Program-made: the position numbers and the translations under genes
Source: Octopus vulgaris
Lineage: Eukaryota
Reading direction: 5' to 3'
Length of the DNA stretch: 64,000 nt
Assembly: GCA_951406725.2 (NCBI GenBank)
Contig: OX597818.1
Span: 139,872,001 to 139,936,000 of the forward strand
Shown here: positions 53,101-64,000 of the stretch, piece after piece
Layout of the letters: each line of letters begins with the position of its first letter
How positions within the stretch are numbered: position 1 is the stretch's first letter
The notes under the pieces: model-generated
What the model was told of the DNA's origin: nothing
Databases searched by the model: none
What the model saw: the letters and a program-made list of their open reading frames with translations, nothing else

Positions 53101-53352
53101 TCATCATCATTCATCATTGTTCGACCGTGGTCGAGACAATGGAATTTACTATGCTACGCCAGACTTCACGGTCCATCATGGCATTACGGAGGTCCTGTTG
53201 CTGGATGCCTGTATCCCTGGAGATTACATCAGGGTAGGAGAGTGTGCGCCCTCTGGTATTGCGAGTAGATGGCTTCCAGAGGAGAAGAGTAGAAATTACT
53301 TCTTTTTCAGCTCTACAACAATGTCCAGCAAACTGGACTCTCCAACCTTTCA
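53101..53352 (-). mobile_element. RTE-clade LINE 3' end, 5'-truncated
   Basis: FAGHCCR...LLWKP...RGR...Y.DVI.RD....M.DREVWR C-terminus, (TGA)n tail. Direct repeat caacaaattcaa at 53089-53100 / 53353-53364. Confidence 0.85.
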
Positions 53353-53654
53353 CAACAAATTCAAAATCAACATCATAAACGACAGAAAACCAAGACCGAG
53401 AATGCATACATATGCAAAACCAGATTTCAGCGGCCCCCAACCCTCTGTATAAATAAAGAAAAGATAAACGAGGAGCTTAGGGAGTGACAAGTTCTCACCA
53501 GAAAGGTCAAACACATAGAGTAAAAACCAGAAACTCAAACATAAAGTCTTCAAAAGTAAGTGAAACAATAAGAATACTCAAAATTTCCATCCACCAACAG
53601 ATGCATTGATGCACCTGTAAGAACACCTAATGTAATTTGGAATTCATGACAGCG

Positions 53655-53657
53655 GCA

Positions 53658-53743
<86 letters not shown>

Positions 53744-53760
53744 AACTACTACTACTACTG

Positions 53761-53822
<62 letters not shown>

Positions 53823-53823
53823 G

Positions 53824-53863
<40 letters not shown>

Positions 53864-53880
53864 AACTACTACTACTACTG

Positions 53881-53950
<70 letters not shown>

Positions 53951-54045
53951 AACAACAACTACAACTGCTGCTGCTACTACTGCTGCTTCTACTACTGCTG
54001 CTGCTGTTGCTGCCACTACTGCTGCTTCTACTACTGCTGCTGCTG

Positions 54046-54085
<40 letters not shown>

Positions 54086-54105
54086 AGCTACTACTTCTAC
54101 TAGTA
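53655..54105. repeat. (ACT)n/(GCT)n microsatellite
   Basis: Direct inspection. Confidence 0.97.
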
Positions 54106-54714
54106 TTATTTTATTGCTTTTATTAATTTCTTTCCTTTTGGGACTCATTTTCTATTATCGCCCCCCCCCACCGAATCACAAACTGATGTAATGTATAAGT
54201 CAAGTTATTAATTACTTCTCGCTACCTTAATAGGAAATGCTACTTTCATTGTACCTTCAGCATTACAATACATCACAAAAAACATAATTTGGAGAAAAAA
54301 AATCCTTTGTGTCTACGTTGTATTGAGGTCTAAATTTAAAAAATACTGTAAAGTGTAAAATTCAAAATATTTAAACCTGAAAGCATAAAACGGTCTAGAG
54401 ATATTGATTATTTTTAAGTGTTTATTTACGTAAAACACGTAAACATAGAGCTATAGGAATAACATTTAAAAGAAGTAAGAAAAGCACACCAAACATTTAG
54501 GGTACCCTTAATTTACAGTCATGGTTCATTCCTACTTCATTGCAGACGAGTACGTACTTCAGTACTATTTTTTGATTACTCTGGAAAGACGATTCAATTG
54601 GAATCTTGTCCAGGCGCTTCTAACATCTTTATTAGATTTTTTCTAGCTTAAAAATGCCTCCAATTTCTACTCTTCAATTTAACCCAGTCTCACTTCCTTA
54701 CACACATTCTCACC

Positions 54715-54767
<53 letters not shown>

Positions 54768-54849
54768 TGTTGCACCATATTTTCTTTCAGAACTCTTCCA
54801 TTTCTGCTGTCTTTCGTGGCTCTCTTAATTCCATCTTACTTTTGCCAAT

Positions 54850-55711
54850 TTCCCTATTAAATTTATTTGCATCCATCTCGAAAATCTTCTTTTGTCGATA
54901 AAAGGTGATGATTTTATCGTACCTACTGAGCCATTGGGCTTTCAGCAGTATTTGCTGTTTCACTAGGTTCTTGGTTGCAGGGAGTTTTATAAAATCTTTG
55001 GTTTTATATTTTGCTTGATTTTTCTTGCTTGCTTCGTCTTAATTACTCCTCTAGCAAATTCGTCAACAACTGATACATCCACCCGCAGAGATTCGATCAC
55101 TTTTTGTATTGCTACCTTCTACTTAGAAGATCTATTGACATAGTTGGTCCTTTTCTGTGTCGTCTTGATACCTAGTTGAGAATTTACAACTTTAGCAGTG
55201 GAACAGATGAGGCTTTTTTATGGTTGTTAGGTCTTTTCCATTATTTCTTAAGGTCTAAGAGCAACGTTATATATCATGATTGTGTTGCTTTTATGCTGTT
55301 TTAGAACATTGATAGCGATTTTCTATTGATCATCTCAGTAAACTCAGTCTTGTTGTTTCCTCTCATAATATTGTCTTTTGCTTCTATGACCTTTTCGTTA
55401 ATCATCTCAAATTCTGTGTCATATCTATGTTGCTCTTGAGGCAGGTCTACTTTCTCCTCTTTTCCCGCATATATGTTCTTCGTTATACTTTCTTCAGCTT
55501 CTTCATTGGGATGTACTGCTATACACAGGGATTCTGTGCATCTGTTACCTTTTTCATTTGAATTGCTGCTGTTTTCATTTGGTCTACCATGAGATATTTG
55601 TTTCCTAATTTGGTGAATTTCAACGTCAGTTATCCTTTTATTCTTTAGTAATGTGACTACGTGCATTACTTAATTTATTTGCATCTATATATCTGTGTTC
55701 TTCGTTGTCAT
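54850..55711 (-). mobile_element. R4/Dong-like LINE N-terminal fragment
   Basis: ANKLSN..R..LKNKRITDVEIHQIR. 55548-55711 is nearly identical to 34801-34963. Confidence 0.6.
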
Positions 55712-55955
<244 letters not shown>

Positions 55956-55959
55956 ACAT

Positions 55960-56560
55960 ACGTTAATGTAACTAGCAGGGAAATTATCCTGAAATTTAAT
56001 AAATCTAAGATTTCACAGCTCTGTAGAATATTATGCAAAAATCTTAGAATGGATTCTTAGAGATTACATGATAGTAGTTTTCTATAGGCCAGCAATGTCT
56101 GCCTTAGTTCAAATGTTTAAAGGCCCTAAGGAGTCTATGTGTATTGTGTTTAGTACAACAGTTAGAATAGAAGCAATTTTAAACTCTGTGACCAACAGTG
56201 TCTTTATCGATCTGTCTATGGTCCTGATATTTAGTAATTTTCTTGATTTCTTCGTTATTCACTCAATTATCGTATGGTATTGGAAATTCTATGATTATAC
56301 TCTATTTATGACTCCTTCAATGAATATAGCTGGTCTCCTTGCATCACACTCTTTAATGAGAATTCCCTTTCTTGTTTCGAAAATATTTTCCATCAATTCG
56401 AATCCACAAACTTGGCTAACATAACAACGCACACTTTTCCCGAGAGAATTGTGTCTGTGTATAATTTTATGTACCAACTCTCTCCATTCAGTTAGGAAAT
56501 ATTTGATAATTTCTTTCACTTTTTCACACACACTGCGTTTGCACTCAGCCTGAGTTTTAC
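55960..56560 (-). mobile_element. Degenerate R4/Dong-like LINE C-terminus ending in (AAT)n
   Basis: C..CEKVKE.I, RHNSLG and KITKYQD remnants on the minus strand. Confidence 0.55.
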
Positions 56561-57945
56561 CAATCTTATATTACAGGAAAATAAATTGGCAACATTTTTA
56601 GAGTATCTAACAAGAATGATTTATGCCATTTCTACCGGCTCTTTATGTTCTGAGTTCAAATCTGTCTAAGGACAACTACTACTTATTCTTCGGTCTTCGG
56701 TAAAATAAGGTACCAGGCAGTTACTGGAGTCAATGAAATCGAATAACTTCCTCTACACAAAATTGCTAGCCTTGCTTCTACATCAGTAACCATTATTGTT
56801 ATTGCTGTTGTTGTTGTTTTTCTTGTTATTTTTATCATTTATAGTAGTATTACTTATAATTTGACAAAAGTAAAATCGCAACACCACATAATTGAACTGA
56901 CTCAAATTTTTCATTGAACATTCTTATCAATCTTAAAAATTTGCCATGTTTCTTCATCTCTTCTGTTACTATTTATTGGGTCTTCTTTATTTACATAGAA
57001 ATTATCTAATATATACGAACGTCTGAAATCACCCAATTAATTTCGGTAGCCAACACCGACCATACCCTGTACTTGATTTCCCTATGTTCGATGTCGTATG
57101 TCTAGCAATGATAATTTCAACTGTATTTATATGTGTATATACCAAAGTGTGTGTGTGTGAGTGCGCGCATATATATGGTGCGTTTGCACTATATATGGTG
57201 CGTTTGTCTGTGTGTCATTATTATCATTATTATGATTAACATTTTTTATACTAGGTGGGTTATTGGTATTGTTGTTAATAATATTTTCATTAGGGATGTT
57301 ATTTTTTTCTGTGGCTAGTCTTTCTAGTTATTATTCAAATTGTTATTGCTATTGGGATTAATTTTGTTTGTATTCCGATTGCTTTGCTGCTATTTTAGGA
57401 CTCGTTGATGTTATTTTAATCATTGCTCTTGTTGCTATTGGGTATTGCTGGCGTTAGTACTTTCGTCTGTTGTTGTTAAAGCAATTGTTGTTGTTAGCTC
57501 CTTTGTGATGTTACTATTGCTATTAGTTTGTTTGTTGTCCTTGTTTTTGTTGATAATGTTATCAAAAACTAGGCTGAAAAGCAACAGCAACAACCACAGT
57601 AACAATAACAAAAAACACATTCAACAGTGCATACAAAACAAACTAGTCACCACAGACGCAAAAGCAAAGTAAAGTAAAGTAATATAACAAGAAAACGTCA
57701 CACTAAATAGAATGTACAGAATAGCCACAGCAATCACAGGCATAGCAACAACAACAATAAAAAGAATATGACAAATGTATAGAGACACACAATAAGAACA
57801 ATACTACCAGCATCACCACAAACAACAAAAGCCAAAATTTACAAAACATGTAATACACACACATAGACAAATAAAATTTGCTTCAACACACGAATTCACA
57901 TTATGAATCTTGCAAACCAGATTCAAAAACGAAGTATACACACAC

Positions 57946-57946
<1 letters not shown>

Positions 57947-57976
<30 letters not shown>

Positions 57977-58048
57977 TGTATGTATGTATGTATGTATGTA
58001 TGTATCTATCTATCTATGTATGTATGTATGTATGTATGTATGTATCTT

Positions 58049-58141
<93 letters not shown>

Positions 58142-58386
58142 ATCCCCCCCCTCTCTCTCTCTCTATATATATATATATATGTATATACATCGACTCTATA
58201 AAATAGCCTGAACAACGCTAACAACAACATTAAGAACATCAAAACTAAGAAATAACAAGAAAATTAGGAAGGCTCATACATACGTACATACATACACACC
58301 CCATATATTTTAAACACGCACACAAAATATATATATATGTATACGTAATTATGTGGGCATATATATACATATATATATATACATAT

Positions 58387-58462
<76 letters not shown>

Positions 58463-58465
58463 CAT
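57947..58465. repeat. (TATG)n, (TATC)n and (TA)n microsatellites
   Basis: Direct inspection. Confidence 0.92.
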
Positions 58466-59044
58466 AGAGAGAGAGCCTTTATAACAAGGAAGCAAAGATA
58501 ACAACATCAACACACGAAACTAGAAACAAATAAAAAAGAACAAAAACGAAAAAATAAAACAAACATATAAGTATGTAAAATGAGAATTGATTTCCAAATA
58601 ATCGACCTGTTATTTGTTGCTAATTTTTCTCCACGTCTTTTGAAGTAATTTCATTATTTGATTTAGTCATTTTTTTTATTGGTCTCTTATGATTTATATT
58701 TGTTTTGTATTTGTATTTTATATTATTTTTGTAATATTCTTTTTTGCAATATTTATTTCATTTTTAAAATTATATTTGTGAGATTGCTATGATGTTTTTT
58801 TTTATTTCTTTTTGTTAGTTTTGCTTCTTTTTGTTTATTGATTTTCTTGTTAGGAGATTCGTTGGTAGTTTGCATGCTGCTGGTCGTGGTAATAACAACT
58901 AGATTTATATTTATTTATTTATTTATTTATTTCTATGTCTGCATGTCTGCGTATTTTTTTTTACCCCTTTCTGTCAGTTTGTATTTTATTTTCGTCCTAA
59001 TTGTATTCAAACGAAAATAATTTCTGCGCTGCGACCAAACATAT

Positions 59045-59062
59045 ATAATAATAATAATAATG

Positions 59063-59093
<31 letters not shown>

Positions 59094-59140
59094 TAATAAT
59101 AATAATAATAATAATAATGATAATAATAATAATAATAATG

Positions 59141-59183
<43 letters not shown>

Positions 59184-59227
59184 TAATAATAATAATAATA
59201 ATGATAATAATAATAATAATAATAATG

Positions 59228-59258
<31 letters not shown>

Positions 59259-59296
59259 CAACAACAACAACGACAACAATAAGAATAACAATAACA

Positions 59297-59350
<54 letters not shown>

Positions 59351-59791
59351 GTGATGATGACGATGATGCTGATAATGATGATGTGGAGGAGGGTGGCGAG
59401 GATAAATGCAATAGCAAAAATAACAATGACAATATTTACTATAAAGTTGGTGCTAGTGATGGTGATGTGAAATGATGATGATGGTGTTTATGATGTTGAT
59501 CATGATCATGAGGGTGATGATGATGATGATGTTAATTTAGACACTCTTTTATCATCATTACTATTATAGACATGATAATAATGACAATTGTTGTTCATAT
59601 ATCTTCCTTATTTTTACTATTTTTCTTCTTATAATTATTATTATTAATCGATGATATTTTTATGTTGAATTTAAAATCTAACATGGACCGATATTTAATC
59701 AATATTTTGACGTTTTTTTCCGAGTTGTTATTGATTTCTATTAAAATCTTTATAGTCATTTTTTCACATTAATATAAAACGCAGTGACAAC

Positions 59792-59881
<90 letters not shown>

Positions 59882-59892
59882 TAATAACAATG

Positions 59893-59954
<62 letters not shown>

Positions 59955-60045
59955 TATTATTATTATTATTATTATAATCATAATAATAATAACAACAACA
60001 ACAACAACAATAATAATAATAATAATAATAGTAATAATAATAATG
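59045..60045. repeat. (AAT)n, (AAC)n and (GAT)n microsatellite cluster
   Basis: Direct inspection. Confidence 0.92.
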
Positions 60046-60520
60046 AAAGATGAAATCGAAATTTGTTGTACAGAAAAAAAAATGATATTGTTTCGGTCTG
60101 ATATTTAAAGTACAAAAAATAAAACACAAAGATATAGAATAAAAAGAAAAAATATATTAGCTGAAAGAAATATTCTTTGTGGGTTTTAAGTTAATCAGTT
60201 AAAGGAAAACAAATTAAGTTTGGTGGTCAAGTTCCGGGTATAAGAGGGTCACGATATTGAATTCTCACAAAATAAAGCAGGTTTAGAAACAAATAATGCT
60301 GGTTGAGAGTTCAAGTTTTTTCAATTATGAGAATGTTGTACGTTTCTGCGTCTGTAAACAAAAAAAAAATATTAGAGGTTTGTCTTGACATATTAGTCGA
60401 CATCCAAATATGTGGGGTAAAAGTTTTTACTGCAAGCAGGTGCGCAGCTCTGAGTTCAATACGACAGTATGAAACTTGAACAAGTTCTTTCTGTTATGGC
60501 TGCACACATACATACATACA

Positions 60521-60905
60521 TAGGCGCAGGAGTGGTTGTGTGGTAAGTAGCTTGCTAACCAACCACATGGTTCCGGGTTCAGTCCCACTGCGTGGCATCT
60601 TGGGCAAGTGTCTTCTACTATAGCCTCGGGCCGACCAAAGCCTTGTGAGTGGATTTGGTAGACGGAAACTGAAAGAAGCCTGTTTTATATATGTATATAT
60701 ATATATGTTTGTGTGTCTGTGTTTGTCTCTCTAGCATTGCTTGACAACCGATGCTGGTGTGTTTACGTCCCCGTCACTTAGCGGTTCAGCAAAAGAGAAC
60801 GATAGAATAAGTACTATGCTTACAAAGAATAAGTCCTGGGGTCGATTTGCTCGACTAACGGTGGTGCTCCATCATGGCCGCAGTCAAATGACTGAAACAA
60901 GTAAA
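60521..60905 (+). mobile_element. SINE family C, full length
   Basis: Near-identical to 45632-46036. Confidence 0.9.
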
Positions 60906-60927
60906 AAAAATATTTAAAAAAAATATA

Positions 60928-60976
<49 letters not shown>

Positions 60977-61039
60977 GTTTCGATCAAAGATTGGTCCACC
61001 TGATAGGATTATCCAAATCCTTTGTAAGTCAAGTTTTGT

Positions 61040-61335
61040 GGTAAAATGGTCCATCTGAGTAGGGAGTTCTTGTTGTGTGGTATTCAGTTATAGGTGGCTT
61101 ATCTGGTATTCCTTGAAGAAATTTATCTAGATTCTGTTTAAATGTAATGGGATCCTTTTACTCTTTGATCTGTTTCGGGACTATGTTAAATAGAGTAGAA
61201 CCTGTTGAGGAAAAGAAAATTATGTTGCAGTGTATTTATGTATTGTTATCCCGAATTAGGTAGGGGATGTATGGCCCGTGGTCCTAGCCTTGAATGAATT
61301 TTGAAGTTAATGTTGAGGTCGTGTGGGCAATTATG
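61040..61335 (-). mobile_element. CR1/L2-group LINE 3' fragment
   Basis: CPHDLNINFKIHSRLGP, homologous to 17915-18385. Confidence 0.7.
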
Positions 61336-61337
61336 GT

Positions 61338-61370
<33 letters not shown>

Positions 61371-61567
61371 CACCTTTTCTTCCCCATCTTTGTTTGTTGA
61401 ATTTCTCTAAGATATGAGTTCTATAAATGCTCATAACACACCTTATACTTGTAGCATTTTCATATTCTAAAAATTCTTACAACAGTAAGCTGCCAATGTA
61501 ATATTAGAAATCGGACCAAAGTAAAGGAAGAAATAGAACTCAACCTTTTCTCATATATATATATATT

Positions 61568-61605
<38 letters not shown>

Positions 61606-61623
61606 TATATGCTTGCAGGCATG

Positions 61624-61657
<34 letters not shown>

Positions 61658-62323
61658 CATATTTATGAATATGTGTCATCTATATTACATATGCATAAAG
61701 GTATGAGTTCAAAGAGTGTGGACTGAGTTAATCTTTTACAACCCTTTGGTATTAGAAATCCCAGTTTATTAAAATAAGGATTCTAATTTGGACAGATGGA
61801 ATTGTGATTCTGCTCCTGTGTAGTTGTTAGCAAGGCTATAAGATTTACAACAGAAATTGCATTCAATTTGCATAGGTGAGATTACATTGGTTTAGGACGA
61901 AAATATGAATTTCCTTCTATGTGCGATTTTACCAGTGATATCTTATAATTGAGCGGATATTTACTGTAGGTATATGTCATTATTTGATTCTTGGGTGTAT
62001 ACTAAAGCCATGTCAATGTTTTTCTTTCGATATATGTGTAAGACCCGAGTCTCATTTGCCTTATTTTAGATATTGGTTCTCGGTAGAAAACTATTTCCTA
62101 AGCATACCTTTAGCCATTAAATTTCCTTGAGTGTGTTCATTACGTATCTGGTGTATATTATGTTTTTATGTTTTGGTATTATTCCATTTTGTATAAGGTA
62201 TAGGTAGAATTCCGAAAAGAGGGCCTGCGTGGTGGGAATCGATGCCATACCACCTGTGTTTTTTTAATAAATGACACGCACACACACACACACACACTCA
62301 AACATATATATATATGAAACAAG

Positions 62324-62374
<51 letters not shown>

Positions 62375-62588
62375 GCCGGTGGCTTCTATGAAACCATCAC
62401 GGTGGTTGAGACCAATATAAAAGAATATGTCGCCGCCAGCACCACGTGACTATACGTCGCTTGAACCAACGGTCGGAGAGCTGCTTACACCAACAGTTGG
62501 AGAGTGGCTCATACTGCTGCTAACATAACGTCGAGAGGTCTGAGTAAGGTAACATAATTGGTGTAACTAGACATTTCCTAGACTGCTT

Positions 62589-62626
62589 CCTTCTGAGGAA
62601 GGGCCTTTGCGCTTGAAATATAAAGG
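62589..62626 (+). ncRNA. Minimal type-I hammerhead-like motif
   Basis: cctt-CTGAGGA-a-gggc(ctttgc)gctt-GAAA-t-ATA-aagg. Stem I cctt/aagg. Confidence 0.6.
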
Positions 62627-63469
62627 TTTCGTAAAGCTTTCTGCAGTGACAGAAGCTAATCTATATTTGTGTGCAAACTTGGAGTTATGTATCTTTATGT
62701 GAAAAGATGTAACATACCCATTAAATAAATATAATTTCAGACTGGGACCAATAATGACGTCGATACAGTTAATAAGAACAATGAAAAGTGATATCCTGAA
62801 ATTGTCACCCGTTGTGTTGCAACTTGTAAATAAACCACCGTACCTAAAACCAGTCATCGTTTATATAACACTAAAATAAGTGATAAAGCAAAAGTTAGTT
62901 ATATCAGCTTTGACTTAATTTGAGCAAATACTGTAGATTCGTGTAGTTAGTTGAAATTTGATTGAATTGCAATTCAATGGCCTCCTTTAATACTGCGTAT
63001 TTGAATACTGAATAATAATCCGATAAGAATTCATTAAATGCAAAAACCAGATGACAATAACTTATCTATTTAGTTGAAAGCAGTATTATTTTATTGTTCT
63101 GTTTTGTTTCTACATAAACGTTAAAAGTTCAGTTGTCAAACTGCCTGATTTATGCAGATTTATACGGATAGTATAGATGCTGGAGTGAGAACAATGCATA
63201 TATATAAATAATATATGTTTGCAGGTTAAAATGACGTGTTTATTCAAATGTCACATTTTATGCCGTTATAGGAAAAAGAATAACAAGATGACTGCTGTAT
63301 AGAAAAAAGATAAGCTAACAGAAATGAAAGCATCGAAACAGTGATGAATTCTGGTTTAGAAGTAAGTTATTTCACAGATATGGATGAAGGTATAAATGTC
63401 AAATCATTTCCTAAACCATGGAAACATGAAGTTATATGAGGTCTGAATAAAAAAATATCCTTTATGTTC

Positions 63470-63498
63470 ATACCCATATATATATATATGTACATACA

Positions 63499-63566
<68 letters not shown>

Positions 63567-63822
63567 AGTGTGTATGTATATATAAATATATATATATATA
63601 TATAAACATATATGTATGCATACATATATACATGCAAAAATTAATATATATATATATATATATATATACTAGTGTAATCATATGTAAATATGTGTATGTA
63701 TATGGATATGTGTACATATAAGTACATATACATGTATATATGTATGCATATATATACATATATATATATATGTGTGTGTGCGTGTGTTTGAGTGTGTGTG
63801 CGTGCGTGCGTGTGTACATATA
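63470..63822. repeat. (TA)n/(TG)n microsatellite
   Basis: Direct inspection. Confidence 0.92.
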
Positions 63823-63911
63823 CACTTTTTTACTAGGCGTACAATTTACAAAATTATATGGTTTCATGCGAATATCTTGAATTAGGTGGTTTATTTCCCT
63901 CTATTTATGAG

Positions 63912-64000
63912 TAAAAGCGTGTGGGTTAGAGGTTAGATTATTCGGCTCACGATTGCACGATCATGAGGTCGAATTCCGGCGCAGCGATGTGTCCTTCTGC
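63912..64000 (+). mobile_element. Degenerate tRNA-derived SINE head running off the window
   Basis: gtgggttagaggttag ... gaggtcgaattcc. Confidence 0.5.

Noticed and set aside
53627-54191. Poly-Thr (mucin-like) and poly-Val ORFs
   Set aside because: Pure (ACT)n microsatellite with no splice context or non-repetitive coding part.
63225-63361. AG...GTAAGT-bounded segment
   Set aside because: Stops in all three frames and a weak pyrimidine tract. It could only be a non-coding exon, and that is unsupported.

Overview
This is AT-rich, microsatellite-dense eukaryotic non-coding DNA. The tRNA-derived SINE families and the repeat landscape look like an octopod cephalopod (inference from recalled sequence, not a database match). 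No complete host gene is visible, and almost all listed ORFs are microsatellite or SINE artefacts. The main feature is a near full-length but inactivated L1-superfamily Tx1-clade retrotransposon on the minus strand (~21651-27515: ORF1 with CCHC knuckle; ORF2 with APE, RT and CCHC). Next to it is a 5'-truncated, internally deleted copy of a sister subfamily (27692-28155). Both copies sit in (GATA)n/(TATC)n arrays. A young tRNA-headed SINE family (at least 7 copies, several with clear TSDs) ends in essentially the same ~35-nt 3' terminus as these Tx1 elements, which suggests a microsatellite-targeting Tx1 LINE and a partner SINE. Also present: three other SINE families; fragments of R4/Dong-like, RTE, CR1-like, Penelope-like and mariner elements; two Helitron-like non-autonomous elements; three TIR/MITE-like elements; several minimal hammerhead-ribozyme-like motifs; a near-perfect 70-nt hairpin; and a few isolated splice-signal candidates.
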